This document shows, piece by piece, positions 1 to 4,144 of a stretch of 13,474 nt of DNA (position 1 is its first letter; every line of letters begins with the position of its first letter). The stretch spans positions 1-13,474 of the forward strand of contig JAVVFY010000013.1 of assembly GCA_032249395.1 (NCBI GenBank), read 5' to 3'. Position numbers and translations under genes: made by a program. The stretch is from Candidatus Aenigmatarchaeota archaeon. GTDB taxonomy: Archaea; Aenigmatarchaeota; Aenigmatarchaeia; CG10238-14; SpSt-28. The notes under the pieces were generated by a model, which saw only the letters and a program-made list of their open reading frames with translations, was not told the origin of the DNA and made no database searches.

Positions 1-260
1 ACTAAAACTTGATAATCATTTAAATTATTAGGATTTGCTGTATTATCTATAGTTATTGCTTTTCTATAAATTCCATTAAAATTTTTTACATCAAAAAATC
101 CTCCTGCACAAGAAATTACTTGCTGACCTAAAGAAGAAACTTCTGTAGTTTGAACTTTTGGTAAATTTGTTAAAAAATAATAAACTATTATTCCACTAGC
201 AATAGTAAAGCCAATTAATAAAACGCTTGCTAGAAAAGTGGAAATTGATTTTAGACTCAT
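1..260 (-). CDS. Archaeal pilin-like surface protein (class III signal peptide) with start of a DUF2341-like domain; runs off the window edge
   Basis: ATG at 260, open to base 1: MSLKS/ISTFLASVLLIGFTIASGIIVYYFL (basic residue + small residue, then hydrophobic helix as in PibD/FlaK substrates), later YRKAITIDNT...NLNDYQVLV, typical of DUF2341-associated N-termini. Not in the ORF track because it is partial. Confidence 0.7.
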   Translation of the reverse strand, partial: MSLKSISTFLASVLLIGFTIASGIIVYYFLTNLPKVQTTEVSSLGQQVISCAGGFFDVKNFNGIYRKAITIDNTANPNNLNDYQVL

Positions 261-413
261 AAAATAATATTGTTTTTTTAAATAGCTTTTCGCTACTTTT
301 TATGTATATAAAATGAGAAATTGAGAAGAATTAATCCTAAGCCTAAAACTCATTTTTCTTTTTGTTCAATGTTAAGAAAGAATAAACAAATCTAAAAATA
401 AAGTAGTCTCATC

Positions 414-458
414 CTCAAGGCAAGGTTGATTCTAAATGCCTTAGAGGTGGGTGCCGCC
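414..458 (-). other. 3' strand of the 16S pre-rRNA BHB processing stem
   Basis: RNA CCCACCUCUAAGG-CAUU-UAG-AAUCAACCUUGCCUUGAG pairs with the 5' leader CUCAAGGUAAGGUUGAUU-GAUG-AUA-CCUUAGAGGUGGG (3953-3996): 4-bp central helix with two 3-nt bulges, a canonical BHB. Confidence 0.93.
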
Positions 459-500
459 TTGCACACAAAACTAAGGAGGTGATCCAGCCGCACCTTCCAG

Positions 501-583
501 TTGCCGGGTCGGTAAAGTTAAATCACCTCCTTACTCATCATTCGTCAGAGTCAAGCCATTATATCATCTACTTTACCAACCCT
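501..583 (-). ncRNA. 83-nt BHB intron after ~A1513 (helix 45); putative box C/D guide RNA
   Basis: Terminal stem GGUUGGUAAAGU/ACUUUACCGACC, central helix GCCG/CGGC (relaxed BHB); removal restores GCCGUA|CUGGAAGG. Inside: AUGAUAU(561-567)-guide-CUGA(545-548)-CGA-AUGAUGA(535-541)-guide-UUUA(519-522). Confidence 0.88.
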
Positions 584-715
584 TACGGCTACCTTGTGGC
601 GACTTAGCCCCCCTCGCGGAGCTCCCACTCGACCCTTTTGGGGCCTCGAGGGAGCTCCACTCGGTTGGCTTGACGGGCGGTGTGTGCAAGGGGCAGGGAC
701 GTATTCGGCGAACGT

Positions 716-802
716 GTTCATGGTGGCAAGATGATCTTTGGCTCTATTTCCTCATCTTTTAATCTGGAGTAGTGCATGCTAATCATTCTCACCTTACCAC
801 CA
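716..802 (-). ncRNA. 87-nt BHB intron after ~A1363 (helix 43 loop); putative box C/D guide RNA
   Basis: Canonical BHB: GGCGAACG-UCAU-CA^U-GGUGGUAAG / CUUGCCACC-AUGA-AC^A-CGUUCGCC. Inside: AUGAUUA(780-786)-guide-CAGA(763-766)-UUAA-AAGAUGA(752-758)-guide-AAGA(735-738). Confidence 0.9.
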
Positions 803-960
803 TGATGACGTTCGCCTACTAGGGATTCCGGCTTCACGAGGGCGAGTTACAGCCCTCGATCCGAACTGGGCGCGCTTTTAGGGGATTTGCTCCCCCTTTC
901 GGGGTGGCATCCCATTGTAGCGCGCATTGTGACGCGCGTGTGGCCCAGGGCTTTCGGAGC

Positions 961-991
961 TTTCGCCGAGAGAGCCAGCAGCTCAGCTCGT
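961..991 (-). other. 31-nt BHB-like mini-intron after U1205
   Basis: Interrupts the conserved GGUCCGUAU|GCUCCGAA; bulges AU^A and AA^G, imperfect central helix CCGU/GCGA, intron helix CGAG/CUCG then GAGC/GCUC. 1205 is a known archaeal 16S intron site. Confidence 0.88.
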
Positions 992-1288
992 ATACGGACC
1001 TACCGTCGCCCCCTCCTTCCTCCCACTTATCGCGGGCAGTCCCCCATGAGTGCCTCCCTTCCGGAGAAGGGAATGGCAACATGGGGCGGGGGTCTCGCTC
1101 GTTAACCGACTTAACGGCACGCCTCACGGTACGAGCTGACGATGGCCATGCACTACCTCTCGGCTCGTCTGGTAAGGTCTTCAGCCTGACCTTCATCCTG
1201 CCGTCAGCCCTGGTAAGATTCTCGGTGTTGAGTCCGATTGAACCGCACGTCCCACCCCTTGTGTGCCCCCCCGCCAATTCCCTTAAGT

Positions 1289-1338
1289 TTGGTGTAGGGG
1301 GAAGCACACCCTCTAGCCAATTCTGGCTTCGCCCCAAA
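1289..1338 (-). other. 50-nt BHB mini-intron after A908
   Basis: AAG-GGUG-AA^U... / ...CACC-AA^A-CUU; removal restores GUGAA|ACUUAAG. 908 is a known archaeal intron site. Confidence 0.92.
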
Positions 1339-1449
1339 TTCACCCTTGCGGGCGTACTCCCCAGGCGGCCCGCTTAACACTTACGCTCCGCCACCGCACG
1401 CTCCCGAAGAGCGTGCGACAGCAAGCGGGCATCGTTTACGGCTAGGACT

Positions 1450-1553
1450 TTCCCGCATGAGTTAGAGAAAATCCTAGCCATATGGGAGCAAATCATATAT
1501 CAGAGGATTAGATATTCCTCATCTTTAGAATCGGAAGATACCCTAACTCATGT
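1450..1553 (-). ncRNA. 104-nt BHB intron after ~U801; putative box C/D guide RNA
   Basis: CCCG-GU^A-CAUGAGUUAG / CUAACUCAUG-CGGG-AA^A; removal restores AUACCCCGGU|AGUCC. Inside: AAGAUGA(1519-1525)-guide-CUGA(1500-1503)-UAU-AUGAUUU(1490-1496); no clear D box. Confidence 0.88.
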
Positions 1554-1632
1554 ACCGGGGTATCTAATCCCGATTGCTCCCCTAGCTTTCGCCCCTCACC
1601 GTCGGACCCGTTCCAGGCAGCCGCCTTCGCCA

Positions 1633-2327
1633 CTCACCCAGCAGGAGTCATATCATATTGCTAAGCTTTTTAATTTTTTCTGGGTGGAAAATTGTAATTT
1701 TTTCTCGAAAATTACGAAAATTGTTATTGCCTGTTATCCAAAATCTTAGAGAAATAACCTCAATTCCATTCTTTTTTGTTTTTAATTGATCATGTTTGAC
1801 AGTTGATGCCTTTATTCCCAAATCATCCAACATTTGAATTATTTGGAGGAGATATCTTTCTAAATCAGGTCTTAACTCTATAATTTTTGATGCTTTGAAC
1901 ACTATTTGTTTTGAATTACTTGAATCTCTAAAATATCCCTCATCATCAAATATTGCACCAAGAAATGAAGACTTTATTTTATCATCTCCTTTAAAGATCC
2001 ATTCAGGTATTGTAGTTGGTTGAGTAATTTTAGAACCAATTGGCGCGCCTCTTTCTGAAAGAAATTTTCCAACTCTGCTAGGGTATTGATACCTTAATAT
2101 TCCTCCTATAGAAGTCCCTACATTGTATTTGATATTACCGAAAGTTTTAATTACAAGTTCTTTGACTTTTCGTTGAAGAACATTGTTGGAATTTGTATAG
2201 ACGAAGTAATATTTGGTTTTATGGATTGAAGCATCGCCAAAGACATGACCAATCAATCTGGCAATCGCTGTTTCTCTCTCCATAAACTGTTTTTTAATGT
2301 TTATTTTAATTTTCTGACTCCTGCTGA
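1633..2327 (-). mobile_element. 695-nt BHB intron after G722 carrying a homing endonuclease gene
   Basis: CACC-AG^U-CAGCAGGAGUCA / UGACUCCUGCUG-GGUG-AG^U; removal restores CACCAG|UGGCGAAGG. AT-rich interior containing an ORF. 722 is a known archaeal intron site. Confidence 0.93.
1648..2283 (-). CDS. Intron-encoded two-motif LAGLIDADG (DOD) homing endonuclease
   Basis: Motif 1 ARLIGHVFGDASI, motif 2 SSFLGAIFDDEGY, intein-type IPEWIF segment, C-terminal F...I.IFHPEK..KL. Confidence 0.9.
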   Translation of the reverse strand: MERETAIARLIGHVFGDASIHKTKYYFVYTNSNNVLQRKVKELVIKTFGNIKYNVGTSIGGILRYQYPSRVGKFLSERGAPIGSKITQPTTIPEWIFKGDDKIKSSFLGAIFDDEGYFRDSSNSKQIVFKASKIIELRPDLERYLLQIIQMLDDLGIKASTVKHDQLKTKKNGIEVISLRFWITGNNNFRNFREKITIFHPEKIKKLSNMI

Positions 2328-2362
2328 CTGGTGGTCCGCATGGGATTAACGGATTTAACCCC

Positions 2363-2485
2363 TTAGGGTGGATAGTGCAGTCTAAACACTAAAATAGAAT
2401 ACACTCTAGACTATGAGCTAAATCTTAATTCTAAAAATCATTTCATCGCATAAAAGCTCAAAGGTACGCACACTACACTATCCAT
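2363..2485 (-). other. 123-nt BHB intron after ~A687 (helix 23); possible degenerate C/D-like RNA
   Basis: GGGG-UA^A-UGGAUAGUGUAGU / ACUGCACUAUCCA-CCCU-AA^G; removal restores GGGGUA|GGGGUUAAAUCC. Only 35 nt of exon separate it from the 722 intron. Confidence 0.9.
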
Positions 2486-2986
2486 TACCCCATGCGTACC
2501 GCTGCCCTCTCCCGGTCCCGAGCCTGGTAGTATCCCAGGCAAGCCCTGCAGTTTGCTGCAGGATTTCACCTGGGACACACCAAGCCGGCTACGGGCGCTT
2601 TAAGCCCAATAATCGTGACCACCACTCGGGGCGCGGGTATTACCGCGGTGGCTGGCACCCGTCTTCCCCACCCCTTCCTCGCCCTCCCGTTTTCAGAGGG
2701 CAACAGCCCCAGCAGAGCTGGGGCACTCCGGGTCCCCTCGTCGGGCGTTAGCCCATTGCGAAGGTTTCGCGCCTGCTGCGTCCCGTAGGACCTGGGCTCA
2801 TGTTTCAGAGCCCATCTCCGGGCTCCCACTCTCATGGCCCGTAGGCGTTATCGGCTTGTCGGGCCATTACCCCGACAACAACCTGATACCCCGCAGTCCC
2901 ATCCTCGGGCGGCTACGAACACCCTTTGAGGATAGGGGCCTTCCAGCACCCTATCCCTATGGGGTATTAGCCCCAGTTTCCCGGGA

Positions 2987-3790
2987 TTATCCCCATCGGG
3001 CTACCTGTAAAGCTAAGGCAGAAAGATCGTTAATAAAAATAAAATCAAAAGCGTCTTTTAACAACTCTTGTTGATATGGTGTTATTGGCAAATTTGAAAA
3101 CAAAACTAATACTGAAGTTATTTCTGGATAAAGTTTTTTTAATCTAAAGCCTCTTAGTGCAACTCTTTCAATTATTGCATATCTGTGAGAGTATTTTGTT
3201 GATGAAGTAGAGGTAACAAGAATTGCTATTTTCTTTTTTGGAATGAAAATATCTACATTTATTTTTCCCACATATTTGTGAACTTCAATATCGCTTTCGC
3301 TAAGACCACCGTTTTTAAGGTATTCTATTACTTTCTTTTCGTCTTCTCTCACTATTTCTCTTCTTGCTGCTTTTTCTAGTATTTCGCGATAATTGTTTGA
3401 AGAAATATAGTTGATTATGCTTTTTCTTATTTTGTTCTTAATTTCTTCTCTTTTTTGAGGAAAGAATATCTTCTCCAGATTTGTATAGAAAAGTTTGTCA
3501 ACATCTTTAGAGTGGCTTATAGTTTCGATGGTCTCTTGAATGAAAGCCATTAATTTTTTTAATTTTGTATGATTTCTAATTTGCTTAATTCTACCACATT
3601 CGTAATCGCTGATTGATGGATCTACGTTTCTCTTAAAATCTTCTTGCTTAATTCCTCTGAGTATTCTAAAAATCTTTAGGCATTTTGGATTTGTTTTGAT
3701 ATAATCTTCGTTTATTTCTTTGAAATTATTTGTCGCTTTTTTGACTTCGTTGAACAATTTTATTACTTCGCTTATATTCGAGTTTACCAT
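2987..3790 (-). CDS. Intron-encoded protein: XRE-type HTH plus C-terminal PD-(D/E)XK/Vsr-like nuclease fold (candidate non-LAGLIDADG homing endonuclease, possibly inactive)
   Basis: LKIFRILRGIKQEDF...SISDYECG resembles HTH_3; EKKVIEYL...IEVHKYVGKINVDIFIPKKKIAILVT resembles a restriction-endonuclease-like core. The linear stop codon lies in the exon, beyond the 3' splice site. Confidence 0.7.
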   Translation of the reverse strand: MVNSNISEVIKLFNEVKKATNNFKEINEDYIKTNPKCLKIFRILRGIKQEDFKRNVDPSISDYECGRIKQIRNHTKLKKLMAFIQETIETISHSKDVDKLFYTNLEKIFFPQKREEIKNKIRKSIINYISSNNYREILEKAARREIVREDEKKVIEYLKNGGLSESDIEVHKYVGKINVDIFIPKKKIAILVTSTSSTKYSHRYAIIERVALRGFRLKKLYPEITSVLVLFSNLPITPYQQELLKDAFDFIFINDLSALALQVARWG

Positions 3791-3833
3791 ATCTTAAATA
3801 TGGTGAAATGTATTTAAAAGCTTTACAGGCAGT
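2995..3833 (-). mobile_element. 839-nt BHB intron after ~G144 carrying an ORF
   Basis: CCU-CGGG-AG^A-CUGCCUGUAAAGCU / AGCUUUACAGGUAG-CCCG-AU^G-GGG; removal restores CCCUCGGGAG|GGGGAUAAUCCCGGGAAAC. Confidence 0.93.
3811..3826 (-). promoter_or_regulatory. Putative intron-internal BRE/TATA promoter for a leaderless transcript of the intron ORF
   Basis: GTAAAGCTTTTAAATA; the TATA centre is ~25 nt upstream of ATG 3790 and closely matches the rRNA promoter AAAAAGCTTTAAATA. Confidence 0.5.
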
Positions 3834-3952
3834 CTCCCGAGGGTAGGTTGACTGCGTATTACGGAGCAGGTCGCCGAGGGCCTTCCCCTCACGACTTGCA
3901 TGGCTTAGCCGGACCCGGATAGCAGTGGCCTCTGGCGGGATCAGCCAGAATT

Positions 3953-3996
3953 GGCGGGCCCACCTCTAAGGTATCATCAATCAACCTTACCTTGAG
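3953..3996 (-). other. 5' strand of the 16S pre-rRNA BHB processing stem
   Basis: Inverted repeat of 414-458, forming the canonical BHB. Confidence 0.93.
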
Positions 3997-4020
3997 CTCT
4001 TAGCTCAAGGAGAAATTTTC

Positions 4021-4083
4021 GCTCGTCTGGACAGATTTTTTCATTGCAAGCAAAAGCTCGCTCTAAATCCGACACCGACGAGC
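4021..4083 (-). other. 5' external transcribed spacer stem-loop with a putative kink-turn
   Basis: GCUCGUC/GACGAGC closing stem; CGGAUUU-A-GA-GCGAGC(UUUU)GCUUGC-AAU-GA-AA-AAAUCUG gives a C helix, 3-nt bulge and tandem G-A pairs. Confidence 0.55.
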
Positions 4084-4106
4084 TATTTATATTTAAGAGA
4101 AGAGTA

Positions 4107-4122
4107 TATTTAAAGCTTTTTC
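4107..4122 (-). promoter_or_regulatory. rRNA promoter (BRE + TATA)
   Basis: GAAAAAGCTTTAAATA; predicted start ~4083-4085 coincides with the start of the structured leader. Confidence 0.65.
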
Positions 4123-4144
4123 TATCTTATTTTAAAGATTGTTT

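Larger units (their letters stand above)
473..3951 (-). rRNA. rrs: Archaeal 16S rRNA gene with 8 introns (exons 3834-3951, 2486-2994, 2328-2362, 1554-1632, 1339-1449, 992-1288, 803-960, 584-715, 473-500; spliced length 1467 nt)
   Basis: 5' AUUCUGGCUGAUCCCGCCAGA; GUGCCAGCCACCGCGGUAA; GGAUUAGAUACCC; GAAUUGGCGGGGG; GCACACACCGCCCGUC; 3' GGAUCACCUCCU. All landmarks appear in order, GC-rich against an AT-rich background. Confidence 0.99.

Noticed and set aside
519..533. Functional ribosome-binding site for a peptide in intron-1513
   Set aside because: There is no ATG/GTG/TTG at a suitable distance, in the linear or the circular form.
1289..1338. H/ACA guide RNA in intron-908 (ACA after the stem)
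   Set aside because: The ACA overlaps the BHB central helix, and I see no K-turn or bipartite pseudouridylation pocket.
834..1377. ORFs 834..1343(-), 887..1105(+) and 904..1377(+)
   Set aside because: They lie within GC-rich 16S exons and are translations of rRNA.
2284..2327. LAGLIDADG ORF read through the circle junction
   Set aside because: The frame is open to the intron 5' end, but an in-frame UGA (1636-1634) precedes the junction and the ORF has its own stop inside the intron. An AUU start at 2310 after AGGAG cannot be excluded.
2566..3074. ORFs 2566..2835(-) and 2856..3074(+)
   Set aside because: They overlap 16S exon sequence or are antisense to the intron ORF, with no protein motifs.
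1633..3833. Group I or II intron interpretation of the two large inserts
   Set aside because: The ORFs fill nearly the whole inserts, leaving no room for a ribozyme core, and both junctions form BHB motifs.
473..3951. 16S pseudogene
   Set aside because: The spliced length is normal, helices show compensatory changes, and the promoter and processing stem are intact.
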